Virus record (IMG/VR): IMGVR_UViG_3300003690_000002
Location: 122,399-186,398 of that record
Length of the DNA: 64,000 bases
Direction: 5' to 3' (one strand)
Source of the DNA: a virus
The notes below the pieces were generated by a model, which did not search any database, was not told where the DNA came from, and saw only the letters and a list, made by a program, of their open reading frames with translations. Positions 41,701 through 50,731 of this stretch are shown here, piece by piece; the first letter of the stretch is position 1; each line of letters opens with the position of its first letter. Position numbers and translations under genes: made by a program.

Positions 41701-42142
41701 TAAAAATGTTATTAAGACCGGTTTGATTCTGAGCTAAGAGAATTAAATGTCGCCGTCGATTTAAAACACTTTTGACTGCTTTTTTAGATGCGCCTTCATC
41801 TTCAATAGTGGTTGCTGATCTTGAGTCATCCAATCCTCTTTTTTCTTTCTTGTTAGCTTTTGCTTTTTCATATTCTCCGCGCCATTCTGAAAGACTTGGG
41901 AGGAAATAGGCTTCAACTCCAAATATTGGTTTAAAGCTTTTACCTTCTTTTTGCATTTCTTTTGCATGAAGTACTTGATATGCTAAACCATTCATGTTTC
42001 CATGGTCAGTGAGTGCTAGCGCATCGGAGCCATTTTTATATGCAAACTCCATATGTTCTTTAGGGTATCCTAATCCATCAAAAGGACTCCCTATCCCACT
42101 ATGCGCATGTAACCCAACAAACGGGATATCACTCTTCTTCAT
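38714..42142 (-). CDS. dnaE: DNA polymerase III alpha subunit (family C)
   Basis: PHP domain (HAHS, ALTDHG), GRGSAAGSLV, PDIDYD, GYGFNKSH; no intein seen. Confidence 0.97.
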   Translation of the reverse strand: MKKSDIPFVGLHAHSGIGSPFDGLGYPKEHMEFAYKNGSDALALTDHGNMNGLAYQVLHAKEMQKEGKSFKPIFGVEAYFLPSLSEWRGEYEKAKANKKEKRGLDDSRSATTIEDEGASKKAVKSVLNRRRHLILLAQNQTGLNNIFKMVSKSYSKEGFYRFPRMDYKTLQKYSEGVIATSACLGGIYAGNYWENKEKSKEAVYAAMEETTRKMMSIFKDRWYGELQWNNIPEQHELNKYIIQISEKYGFGLISTADSHYPSPTAWKDRELYKRLGWLGKGGSPKWMTSELPIDIEEIGYELYPKNGDQMWESYKNYSKECGVKYDDKLIMASITETYKIAHEYIESFLPNNTVRLPDFVVPAGFTASQALSQLCLDGLRVLNLHANKKYIDRLREELHIIDDRGFNKYFLTMNAIANKANSVQLTGPGRGSAAGSLVAYVLGITQVDPIKYNLLFSRFLRRDTKEYPDIDYDVSDPMELKELLIEEWGADTVVPISNFNTLQLRSLIKDISKFYEIPFTEVNLVTSRMLKEATPLAKRKHGVKAGVYTPTFEEVMEYSSSLQGFLSKYPHIANHINVLYGQLRSVSRHAGGIVVGEDLDKHMPLINSGGIRQTPWSEGQNVRHLEPMGFIKFDVLGLSTLKMIEGAIGHILKRHHGIKSPTFEEIQQYYNDKLHPDKIDFADNQVYTNIFHKGKWAGIFQFTEPGAQLFCKKAKPKNIINIASITAIYRPGPLGADVDQLYVEAKENPGKIKYENDIVKEVTQETYGFLIFQEQIALLAHRLGKNISLDEANKLRKLLTKKGTGSGIEQKNKIKVKFIVGCLEKGMTEIAAIALWKKFEYFSGYGFNKSHAVSYSIISYQCAWLFNYYPSEWLAAFLDKEPEVRKEKAINIARSHGFEIQPIDINESGVVWEIGTNANTLIQPLTSIKGLGDAAILQIINSRPFKTVEELIFNEDIIYSKLNKKALDVLIRSQALDSLMDDRFTGRKHFWSCVAVDRPKSPKKLHENIKLYKPEKDFSDEEIIEYLVSLTGVFPMELVLSKDVNERLNYHCVPPLGKWDKDLQVAWFIPREVISKITQNGKEYWILKVIDNTSTTTHIKCWGVNPNKDKVFINRPYMAKLDYSEQWGYSARGFYKSFRLLG

Positions 42143-43037
42143 TATTTACTCCAATCGGATTCCATTCATGGTATCCTAGTAATTTTTTATGAGGTCTTTT
42201 AATCTTTCCACTCTCTTCTGCGGCAAGGAAAGCACGGAGATTGTCCCAATTATCAATATTATAATACCATGAAAGTTCTAATAAGTTTACATCTTCTATT
42301 TTAACAGGATTAAAAATTTTATCAAGTGAAAAAAATCTTGCAGACCATCTTTCTTCTTTTGATAATCTTTTTGCATTGGGATTTTTTGGTTTATATCCAT
42401 CATACTCTCCCGTACCCTCCTCTCTAATTACCTTATAACATGCTTTAAAATCATCGGCATCAAAAGTAAATCCTAAATATTCTCCATTTTTGACTGTTTT
42501 ATTGTTATACGAAAGAAAAAAAGCTTTTTTACTTGAAATTTTTCTTCTTGATGCTTTTAATATCTCTGGCTGGTATACTCCATAAGGAAAAGCCACATAA
42601 AACTTATCTGGTATTGTCCATATACTAATTGTTTTGCTTAACCAGTAAGAGGTCAGCGCGCCATACAAAACGCTCCAACCTAAACAATCTCTTTTATCTC
42701 TATCTTTTGGGTGTATAGGGACATAATATATCGGGATCTCTCTTTGTTTGGCTGTGGGGATTTGAAGGTTGCTATTGAAATAATTAATTGGATCATGCAC
42801 GTAACTTCCTAGCCTATATTTTATCAGTGGCTGCATTTCGTCATGACAAACAACCCAAATTGTCTCGCACCCGGCATATGCACATTCCCATACTGCCCGC
42901 TCTACGGCAAGGTAGTCTCTTGCGATAGGTTGCATACAATCATGCCATGGAAAATCAAAGTTTAAAGGTTGACCCGCCACTGGCACTATTCCTGCCAAGT
43001 GAAAAGAACTACTATTTTGTTTGCCTTTTTCGATCAT
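42129..43037 (-). CDS. divergent sugar-phosphate nucleotidyltransferase-like protein
   Basis: LAGIVPVAG...P...MQPI...AGCETIWVV N-terminal pattern. Confidence 0.55.
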   Translation of the reverse strand: MIEKGKQNSSSFHLAGIVPVAGQPLNFDFPWHDCMQPIARDYLAVERAVWECAYAGCETIWVVCHDEMQPLIKYRLGSYVHDPINYFNSNLQIPTAKQREIPIYYVPIHPKDRDKRDCLGWSVLYGALTSYWLSKTISIWTIPDKFYVAFPYGVYQPEILKASRRKISSKKAFFLSYNNKTVKNGEYLGFTFDADDFKACYKVIREEGTGEYDGYKPKNPNAKRLSKEERWSARFFSLDKIFNPVKIEDVNLLELSWYYNIDNWDNLRAFLAAEESGKIKRPHKKLLGYHEWNPIGVNNEEE

Positions 43038-43947
43038 TCTCTTTTAAATATGCATTCAACTTTATACCATAGTGGTTTAAAGTAACATTGTTATTTTTTA
43101 TTATATCTTCTTCGCTATCATAATTAAATTTAATATGATCACTATTTTTATAAAAATTCATTTTTACTTTTCTAACCTCTCTTCTTTCAACCTCTAACTT
43201 TAACTTATAATGTATCGGCTTTCCATCGGCACGATAACCATTTTTACTCCCAGTTATTCCAGCATTGTTCAACATTTTTAATGTTTTAAATTTAGCATAT
43301 GCGTCTGAATACTGATAATTCTCTAGCTGAGCCGTTGTTAAATATGAAACAGCAACGAGATCTTTTATTTCTTCGTGATAGCCGTGCAGACGCTTCGTTG
43401 GATAGAAAAATATATTTTTAACAAAACTATCTGTTGTTTCAAAAAAATTATAAGAATGTTTACTACACGGACGTGGTATCATCCAGTCTAAAACTTCTTT
43501 TTCATCATATTTTATAATCGGTAGTGGCAATCCATGTACGTTTTCATCATCAAAAATGAGAAGTTTATTAAAATTAATTTGTATAAGTCGAGCTTTCTTT
43601 ATCGTAATTAAAAGTTGTTTAGCTTTGATTCTTGTGGTTGTTGCTTTATCAATCAATATTAAACCAGATAATGATAATATAAAAAATAATCTATACCATA
43701 ATTCTAATTTAGAATTTCCTACTTTTTTTATTTTTTCTAAGCTTTTTAATTCCTTTGTAAGGTTATTAATGTTTAAACTATCTAAATTTATATCTGCACT
43801 AAAATATTCAAATAAATTAGGCACAAGAGGTGAATTAATAATTACTGGAATTCCATAAAGGTATGAATAGACTAAAGCGCCAAGGTTGCCCCCAATAATA
43901 ATTTGATCGTATTTATATATGTGCTCTCTTCGCTTTAACAATCGCAA
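43012..43947 (-). CDS. hypothetical protein with a degenerate FAD-binding-like N-terminus
   Basis: YDQIIIGGNLGAL. Confidence 0.45.
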   Translation of the reverse strand: MRLLKRREHIYKYDQIIIGGNLGALVYSYLYGIPVIINSPLVPNLFEYFSADINLDSLNINNLTKELKSLEKIKKVGNSKLELWYRLFFILSLSGLILIDKATTTRIKAKQLLITIKKARLIQINFNKLLIFDDENVHGLPLPIIKYDEKEVLDWMIPRPCSKHSYNFFETTDSFVKNIFFYPTKRLHGYHEEIKDLVAVSYLTTAQLENYQYSDAYAKFKTLKMLNNAGITGSKNGYRADGKPIHYKLKLEVERREVRKVKMNFYKNSDHIKFNYDSEEDIIKNNNVTLNHYGIKLNAYLKENDRKRQTK

Positions 43948-44486
43948 CCAAATTCTATATCAACTTCTATTTCTCTTTCATGCTTATATATACGCTCGCA
44001 TTCTTGTAGTCGATCTATTTCGTTTCTAATTTTATTTGCCAATCTGCGTATTTTCCGAGAATAGCGCATTCCTGCCGCCGATGGGATCTTTCCCGTGCAT
44101 CGATATCCTGCAAAATATGAACAAACGGCAGTTTTTTCATTTCCTTTCGTGCGCTTATATTTATGTAGCCAATAGGAAAGAACTTTCGTTCCTGAGCGAA
44201 TATTAGTCGTAGGATCGAGCAATTGTTTACAAGTTGACTTTTTATTACCCACGCGCTTTTTGCCAGTAAATTTTGGAATTACTTGCATCAATCCACATGC
44301 TCCCGCGTGACTAATCGCGGTTGGTGTCCATCTGCTTTCATAATATATCATAGAAACAATAAGTTCTGGGCGAATTCCTTCTGCTTCAGCTTCATCAACA
44401 AGCACCTCCATGTTGTCGCATGCAATTTGTGCGTTTGGAAGCCCAAGGTTCATGACAGCCACGCATAATATATCTACTAATGTCAT
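43935..44486 (-). CDS. lytic transglycosylase (SLT)
   Basis: IYYESRW, AGACGLMQV, NIRSG. Confidence 0.9.
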   Translation of the reverse strand: MTLVDILCVAVMNLGLPNAQIACDNMEVLVDEAEAEGIRPELIVSMIYYESRWTPTAISHAGACGLMQVIPKFTGKKRVGNKKSTCKQLLDPTTNIRSGTKVLSYWLHKYKRTKGNEKTAVCSYFAGYRCTGKIPSAAGMRYSRKIRRLANKIRNEIDRLQECERIYKHEREIEVDIEFGCDC

Positions 44487-44504
44487 AATAATAAAATTCC
44501 TACT

Positions 44505-45203
44505 TTACCACGTTTGCCCTGATCGACTTTTTTTCATGGCTTCAATCCAAGACTTGGGCTGACCAGTTTTAGATTTTTCTATTTCTTTTAATTGAAAATG
44601 TTTTCCCTTCACTCTGGACCAAAATGGCTCATCATCTTGTACCGTTTCTACAGACCTCCAAGGTCCAGCCCAATCTTCATTAATTTCAGAACCATTGCTT
44701 GAATAAGCACGAATATCCTTAAAGGTTTTTCCAGAAGTCGATGTAGCAGTTTCTCCAAAAATAAATGCTTCTTGTCCATATTTTTGAGCCATTTCTGCCA
44801 TCATATCAAATAGAGCTTTGCTCGGGCTTTCTTCTTCCCTTTGAACATCAGGTCTACTATGAGAAGTAACTAAAATTGTATTTTCTGTTACAAAAATAGG
44901 CTCTTTTAGCCGCACCTCTTTCTCTTCGCCCGTCTCTGGGTCGACAACTGTTTCAGTCGTCTCTTTATATCCCCCTTTCACTTCAGTAAAGGGAAATCCT
45001 GCATTTTTTAAATTATTTTTCAGTTCTCTATACCTTTGCAAATTTTCTTTATTTGAATATTCATGTCTATCTGCCGTAATCATAGAAAAAGCCTGACCTC
45101 CTTGAATATGCTGTCTAATTCTATTATATGATGTTTCATATAATATATTTTTATTAGATTTTCGAACTAAGTTTTTTACTTGTTCTTTTGACAAACGAGC
45201 CAT
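44505..45203 (-). CDS. conserved phage hypothetical protein
   Basis: MITADR...ENLQR..ELK...G.Y.E...KYGQE. Confidence 0.7.
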   Translation of the reverse strand: MARLSKEQVKNLVRKSNKNILYETSYNRIRQHIQGGQAFSMITADRHEYSNKENLQRYRELKNNLKNAGFPFTEVKGGYKETTETVVDPETGEEKEVRLKEPIFVTENTILVTSHSRPDVQREEESPSKALFDMMAEMAQKYGQEAFIFGETATSTSGKTFKDIRAYSSNGSEINEDWAGPWRSVETVQDDEPFWSRVKGKHFQLKEIEKSKTGQPKSWIEAMKKSRSGQTW

Positions 45204-45205
45204 TA

Positions 45206-45487
45206 TTATTCTCCCTTGCAAGTACCTAGCACATGATTTTCTAATAATAAATAGAACTTTAAATTATTAATATTAATTTCTTGGACCATCGAATTATCAA
45301 CCACAACTAGACAATTTAATTCAATTTCTAGCTTACAATCTGGTGCAGCTGCACATACTCTATATATATCATGTAGTGATTTTATTTTATAATCTTCTGG
45401 AACTAAAATTGTTGTTTTTTCTTTATCTTCTTTTTTGTTACTAATTAGCTCAAGTAACAAATGTCTATTTAGTGGGCATAAATCCAT
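45206..45487 (-). CDS. groES: divergent co-chaperonin (GroES/gp31-like)
   Basis: 93 aa; PLNRHLLLE...ILVP...V.A.AP...VVV...YLLLENHVLG follows the GroES pattern. Confidence 0.6.
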   Translation of the reverse strand: MDLCPLNRHLLLELISNKKEDKEKTTILVPEDYKIKSLHDIYRVCAAAPDCKLEIELNCLVVVDNSMVQEININNLKFYLLLENHVLGTCKGE

Positions 45488-45498
45488 TTCTTCTCCTT

Positions 45499-47934
45499 TT
45501 AGCCACATTTTGCATAACCGCAACTTGTGCAAGTTACGCAACCATCTTGGTAAATTAATCCTTCTGAATCACACTCTGGACAGGCTTTATCAGAATGTGC
45601 TTCTTCGCCGTCTCGAATATAATTTTTAAGAATCCTAGCTAGGCAACGAGCGAAGCTAAACATATCATGATCTTTATCTTTTAACAATTGCTCCACCAAC
45701 AATCTTGGTGGTGCGCCATGGCGTAAACCCAAAGAGATCATCCTTGTAAATGCTGAATGGTTTGAGTTATCAAATACTCTTACAATGTCCCTTATAATCA
45801 CTTCGTCACCATTGTTACCAAACTTCAAATCGTATCGATTTGTTTTTGTTTTATAATGATGTTTTGTAAGTATGCCCTCTGTGTAGCTTTTTGGAATCTC
45901 AATAAGGTTTGACAAGCCGCCCAGGACTTCATAAGGTTTATCATCAAAAGAGCCTATAAGAATTGTCCATTTTTCGCCTTTGATTGTAGTGTGGTGAATA
46001 TCACAAAGCAACTCTCTTGGTCGCGAAGGGGCGCCATTTTGTGGAAATTCTATTTTTTTATCTTCTCTTTTTGTTATTAAAACACCACTTCGAGAACCAT
46101 CGACATAAACAGTAATCCCTTTAAGACCGAGTTGCCAACCTTTTAAATATAACTCTCCAATGACCTCTGGGGGCGTATCTTTTGGCAAATTAATAGTTGA
46201 ACTAATGGCATGATCAATGTGTTTTTGTATCACAGATTGAATTTTAATTCTTTTTTGCCAATTAATCTTATCACTGGTTGTAAAAAAGTCTGGCACTTCT
46301 TCGCGACTATTGAGACTAAGCCATTCTTGTACATTACAATGATAGACTTCATATTCTAGCCATTTATCTCCTAGTTCATCAATGAAGTCTGGTTTTATGT
46401 TCTGTTCATTGTGGCTTAATTTTCTTCTTCTTGTGTATGAATTTCTAAACACGGGCTCTAAGCCAGAACTCGTTCGAGACATTATAGAAACCGAACCGGT
46501 TGGTGCGTTGGTCAATATTGATATGTTGCGTCGTCCAAATTTAGCAATTTTTTCTTGCAAAAATTTTGGGAGGCTCTTAATAAAAAGATTATTTTTCTCT
46601 TTAACCCAATCAAAAACTAAAAATGACCCTCTCTCTTTAGCCAGTTCAATACTTTGTTCATACGCTGAAATTTTCAATACTTTGTAAATTTTATCAATTA
46701 TTTTTAGTGCCTGATCAGAATCGTAAGCAATATTTAAGTTAGCAATAGCGTCCGCTAGGCCGTGTGTTCCTAAACCGGTGCGGCGACCGTTTATGCAAGC
46801 TTTTTTTAGTTTTTTCCATAATTCTTTTTCATCATCAGAATCACATACTTTAATAATGTTTTCAAGTTTTTCAATTTCAAGCTCAACTAGGTCATCAGAC
46901 AGGCGCATTGCCGAATTTACAACTTTACTAAAATGTTTATAATCAAAATAAGCATTTTCAGTGAATCGCTCTTTGACAAAATTTTTCAAATTAATAGAAA
47001 TTAACCGACAGCTGTCATAAGCGGATAAAGGAATTTCAGAGCATGGGTTTGTGCAAATGGTTTGAAACCCTTCCTTTCGATAAGATTCTGCTGGTAAATA
47101 TTTTATTATATTATCCCACATTAAAATACCAGGTTCTGCTGTCTTAGTCGCAGAATCTATAATTTTCTTCCACAACTCGCGAGCTTTAATTTCTTTAGCA
47201 ATTTTATAATCAGTGGGAGGACAATCAACGGGGAATCTTAAAGCGTAGCTATTATCGCTTTCAACTGCTCGCATAAAATCATCTGTAATCTTAATAGAAA
47301 CATTTGCACCCGTAACTTTTGATAAATCATGTTTCATTTTAACAAATTTTTCAATATCAGGGTGGCGTACATCCATCGTAATCATCAATGCGCCGCGCCG
47401 ACCGTTTTGTCCAATCATCCTACACACATAAGAATAAAAATCCGCAAAAGACCAAGCTCCGGTGGTAGTACCAGCAGAATTGTTTACAGGGGTATCTTCG
47501 GGACGCAAATTAGAAATATCCAGACCTACACCGCAACGTCTTTTGAAAAGATTTGCCAATTCTTTTCCGGCATCTATTATAGAAGAGATGTTATCTTTAG
47601 GCGAATCAATAACAACACAATTAGATAATGAAATATTTACAAAATTATTTCCAATGCCCATCATTGGAGACCCTTGAGGGACAACATACTTAAAGTCTTT
47701 TAAAAGACTATAAATCTCTTCTTCTAAGAGCTTTTTTTCGCCGCCAAATTTTTCTTCAATTCTAGCAAACTCTTTTGCAAGACGCTTGTGCATGTCATTA
47801 GGTGTTTTTTCAACAAACTCGCCATTCTTATTTTTGAGAGCGTATTTTGTCATAAAAACATTTGTTGCCAACCTATCATTATTAAAATATTTTAATGTTT
47901 TTTGTTCTACATTGGATGTTTCATACGTCATCAT
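45499..47934 (-). CDS. nrdJ: class II (B12-dependent) ribonucleotide reductase
   Basis: PQGSPM, SNC, GRRGA, TNPCSE, APTGS, LKGITVY, C-terminal Zn ribbon. Confidence 0.93.
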   Translation of the reverse strand: MMTYETSNVEQKTLKYFNNDRLATNVFMTKYALKNKNGEFVEKTPNDMHKRLAKEFARIEEKFGGEKKLLEEEIYSLLKDFKYVVPQGSPMMGIGNNFVNISLSNCVVIDSPKDNISSIIDAGKELANLFKRRCGVGLDISNLRPEDTPVNNSAGTTTGAWSFADFYSYVCRMIGQNGRRGALMITMDVRHPDIEKFVKMKHDLSKVTGANVSIKITDDFMRAVESDNSYALRFPVDCPPTDYKIAKEIKARELWKKIIDSATKTAEPGILMWDNIIKYLPAESYRKEGFQTICTNPCSEIPLSAYDSCRLISINLKNFVKERFTENAYFDYKHFSKVVNSAMRLSDDLVELEIEKLENIIKVCDSDDEKELWKKLKKACINGRRTGLGTHGLADAIANLNIAYDSDQALKIIDKIYKVLKISAYEQSIELAKERGSFLVFDWVKEKNNLFIKSLPKFLQEKIAKFGRRNISILTNAPTGSVSIMSRTSSGLEPVFRNSYTRRRKLSHNEQNIKPDFIDELGDKWLEYEVYHCNVQEWLSLNSREEVPDFFTTSDKINWQKRIKIQSVIQKHIDHAISSTINLPKDTPPEVIGELYLKGWQLGLKGITVYVDGSRSGVLITKREDKKIEFPQNGAPSRPRELLCDIHHTTIKGEKWTILIGSFDDKPYEVLGGLSNLIEIPKSYTEGILTKHHYKTKTNRYDLKFGNNGDEVIIRDIVRVFDNSNHSAFTRMISLGLRHGAPPRLLVEQLLKDKDHDMFSFARCLARILKNYIRDGEEAHSDKACPECDSEGLIYQDGCVTCTSCGYAKCG

Positions 47935-47939
47935 GCCTT

Positions 47940-49319
47940 CTATTCACTTTTCTGTTTTTGATTCTGTCTAAATATTTTATACTTATCTCGAAGCACTTCT
48001 TCTTGTCTTTTCGTTTGTTTTTCTGTAATATCAGAAATAGTTTCTCCCGTAGCTGGTAAGACTTTAATTTTTACATTCCTTGTGTCCATAAATATTGGAA
48101 ATACTAGTCCGTCCGGACCATTTCTATTTTTTGCAATAAAAATGCGACCTCCATTCGTGTTTTTATCATCGTTAGTTCTAGTAATTGTAAAAATAAAATC
48201 TGCAACAAAGCATTTATTAAATGCTTCTGAAATTGCCTCCATTGTAATCACCGCAGCGTTTAATCCAGATCTATTTGTTTGAGAAGCCGTCCAAACGGGG
48301 ACTTCATATTCTTGTGCAATCGAGCGAAGCTCCTCATAAATAGCTTCCAGTTCGTGTCTTTTCTCATTATTTTTTGACTTAATTGACAATAGATCTCCAT
48401 AGTCAATTATAATCATATCTACAGGTATATTTTGCCGATAGAGCCTTTCCAGGTGTGTTCTTATCGTACTTGGTGATGCTAATCTAGTTGGATATTCTTT
48501 GATAATAAGGCGACCTGGGACTTTTTTAATTATTTCTAAAACTTCATCTTTGTGTGAAAACAGATTTGACAATGGTATTTCAGTAAGACAGCTATCGTAT
48601 CTAGTCCCAACCACCACATCGGCAAGCTCTAAAGTATAATGAATAACAGTTTTTCCTTGTTTTAATGCGCTAGCGCCAATGTGAACAAGTGCCATTGACT
48701 TTCCTGCTCCCGTTGGTGCAATTACTACGCCAAGCTCTTTGCAGCCTAAACCTCCTCCGATTAAATTGTCAATTATTTTCCACCCTGTTGGAGCAGGATT
48801 TCGAGCTTGTATTTCAAATCTTTTTTCAAAATCTTCTATATAATCATACCCACAATCGTTATCAGATCCGAGTTTCATTGCATCATTAAAAAGCGTTTGA
48901 ATTTCCTCGAAAGAAGAATTTTTAAGCAAAGGAATTGATTTGATAATAACTGTCTTGAGGACTTGTTTTTTGCAAAAATCAATTGTAGTATCTTTGATAT
49001 ATTCAGAATCTTGTACTTCTGTTTTAAGCATTCTGGCAAAAAAATCTCGAACTTGTTTTTGAATTAATTCATTTTCATTTCCTAGTTGAGTTCTTACAAT
49101 GGTCGTCATTGCGTCCGTTGAGGGGTGCCTATTATATTTTAGTTTATAATCAAATATTCTTTTGACAAAAACTTGTAAATATTTAAATTCTAAAAAATCA
49201 ATATTTAGCACTTCTCTTGTTTGATCTGCAAATGCACGGTCGAATAAGATAAGTTGGCACATATTTTCTTGGAAAGTTTTTCCAAAATGAGAAAGATCAG
49301 ATCTTTCATTTAAATTCAT
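47940..49319 (-). CDS. replicative DnaB/gp41-like helicase
   Basis: APTGAGKS, YTLE, IIIDYGD, TASQTNR, KNRNG. Confidence 0.92.
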   Translation of the reverse strand: MNLNERSDLSHFGKTFQENMCQLILFDRAFADQTREVLNIDFLEFKYLQVFVKRIFDYKLKYNRHPSTDAMTTIVRTQLGNENELIQKQVRDFFARMLKTEVQDSEYIKDTTIDFCKKQVLKTVIIKSIPLLKNSSFEEIQTLFNDAMKLGSDNDCGYDYIEDFEKRFEIQARNPAPTGWKIIDNLIGGGLGCKELGVVIAPTGAGKSMALVHIGASALKQGKTVIHYTLELADVVVGTRYDSCLTEIPLSNLFSHKDEVLEIIKKVPGRLIIKEYPTRLASPSTIRTHLERLYRQNIPVDMIIIDYGDLLSIKSKNNEKRHELEAIYEELRSIAQEYEVPVWTASQTNRSGLNAAVITMEAISEAFNKCFVADFIFTITRTNDDKNTNGGRIFIAKNRNGPDGLVFPIFMDTRNVKIKVLPATGETISDITEKQTKRQEEVLRDKYKIFRQNQKQKSE

Positions 49320-49483
49320 GAATTATCTCTTTTTGATTTTTGAAGCCAATTCCAACCCACGTTAGCCAAAGCGAAACCAAACAATAGTTGTAAAGACCAG
49401 TCTAAAAAGGAGAGCGCAAACAAAGTTCCTACAATACAGACTCCTATAACATAACCTTTACAAAATTTATATATAAAATTCAC
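49316..49483 (-). CDS. small membrane protein (55 aa, not in track)
   Basis: GTG start with GGAG SD; two hydrophobic stretches; ATGA overlap with the helicase. Confidence 0.55.
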   Translation of the reverse strand: MNFIYKFCKGYVIGVCIVGTLFALSFLDWSLQLLFGFALANVGWNWLQKSKRDNS

Positions 49484-49502
49484 TTTATTCTCCTTTGTTA
49501 AG

Positions 49503-49576
49503 TACGCCCGCCTGGACTTGAACCAGGGACATCCACCTTATAAGAGTGGCACTCTAACCTACTGAGTTACGGGCTC
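49503..49576 (-). tRNA. tRNA-Ile(TAT)
   Basis: Cloverleaf with anticodon loop CT-TAT-AA and T-loop TTCAAGT; A2.G71 mismatch; CCA not encoded. Confidence 0.82.
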
Positions 49577-50176
49577 TACAAGCCCATATTCTAAACAGGC
49601 TTTTGCATCAAACCACAAATCATGCTTTAAAATTTCATTAAGTTTCTTTTTTGGAATTTTTGTATGCTCTGTATAAATATTTTTTATAGTTTTCATTAAA
49701 AGATCGTTATTTTTCATGTCATCTTTCATTTCTTCATATTTTCCCCAAAGAGCAGAAGATAGTTGGTGAATTAACATAAATGAATGTTCGTGTATGAAGC
49801 GCTCTTTCGCCACGATACTCATGAGAGTTGCGGCGCTGGCGGCACAGCCGTCAATAAAACTATGAATTGGGACTTCTGATTTTTTAATGTGATCTACAGC
49901 GGCGAGCCCGGCAAATACGCTACCTCCGTAACTATTAATGTGTAAATATATACTTGCAGGTTCGTTATTTAAATTGCGAGCATTGTTAATTAATTTTAAA
50001 TTTAAATGTTTAATCTGTTTATTCAGTGCTAAAACGCTTGTTCGCTCAATTTCAGAATAAAAATAAATTCTATTATTTAATCTTTCTACTTTGTTTTTAG
50101 AATCCTCATCTGACTCAGAGTCAGAACCGGATGCGACTTGTTGACCATTAATCCATTGGTATTTTTTCATAACCAT
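49559..50176 (-). CDS. clpP: second ClpP-like protease
   Basis: HINSYGG, ASAATL, MLIHQ; its last 18 nt overlap tRNA-Ile. Confidence 0.85.
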   Translation of the reverse strand: MVMKKYQWINGQQVASGSDSESDEDSKNKVERLNNRIYFYSEIERTSVLALNKQIKHLNLKLINNARNLNNEPASIYLHINSYGGSVFAGLAAVDHIKKSEVPIHSFIDGCAASAATLMSIVAKERFIHEHSFMLIHQLSSALWGKYEEMKDDMKNNDLLMKTIKNIYTEHTKIPKKKLNEILKHDLWFDAKACLEYGLVEPVTQ

Positions 50177-50291
50177 TATTCCTTCACTAATATTAAATAA
50201 CTGTGATTGTAAACACATTTACTGTAATAATATAACCTATTTTTACTTAAAATTTCATGAAATTTCTCTTATTTTTTAAAAACTAAATTTT

Positions 50292-50582
50292 CTACCACTT
50301 CAATTTTCCAATCAATATGTCTTTTAACATCACCCAATCACACGCTTTTGCCCAAATTGGCTTTGAAAATGTTGCTGGTGTATTCTTTTCAAAAAAGAAG
50401 TGACCACTCCAGGCAAATGGATAAACAACAAAAGGAATTAAAGGTATTAAAAACCAATGCAAATTATATATAACATAGAATGCAAAAATGATTGTAAATA
50501 TTTGTCCTGTAACATGTAATCTTCTGCAGGTTTTATTTTGATGCAGTGTTAAATAATGTTGATAATATTCCTTAAAAGTCAT
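50292..50582 (-). CDS. DUF962/Mpo1-like membrane protein
   Basis: YLTLHQN...RRLHVTG...WSGHFFFEKNTPATF. Confidence 0.85.
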   Translation of the reverse strand: MTFKEYYQHYLTLHQNKTCRRLHVTGQIFTIIFAFYVIYNLHWFLIPLIPFVVYPFAWSGHFFFEKNTPATFSKPIWAKACDWVMLKDILIGKLKW

Positions 50583-50648
50583 TTCCAATTAATCTCCCAA
50601 TCTTTAAACTGTTAAATCTTATTTTTTGTAATATTGTGGCTACACACA

Positions 50649-50723
50649 TGGCACCCCCGCCAGGATTCGAACCTGGAATAAAGGTTTAGAAGACCTCTGT
50701 GATATCCCTTTCACCACGGAGGT
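50649..50723 (-). tRNA. tRNA-Arg(TCT)
   Basis: Cloverleaf with anticodon loop CT-TCT-AA, GGTTCGAATCC, encoded CCA. Confidence 0.93.
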
Positions 50724-50731
50724 TTAATCAA

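Noticed and set aside
38714-47934. Inteins or introns in dnaE and nrdJ
   Set aside because: Lengths are typical and no intein splice or LAGLIDADG motifs or frame breaks were seen.
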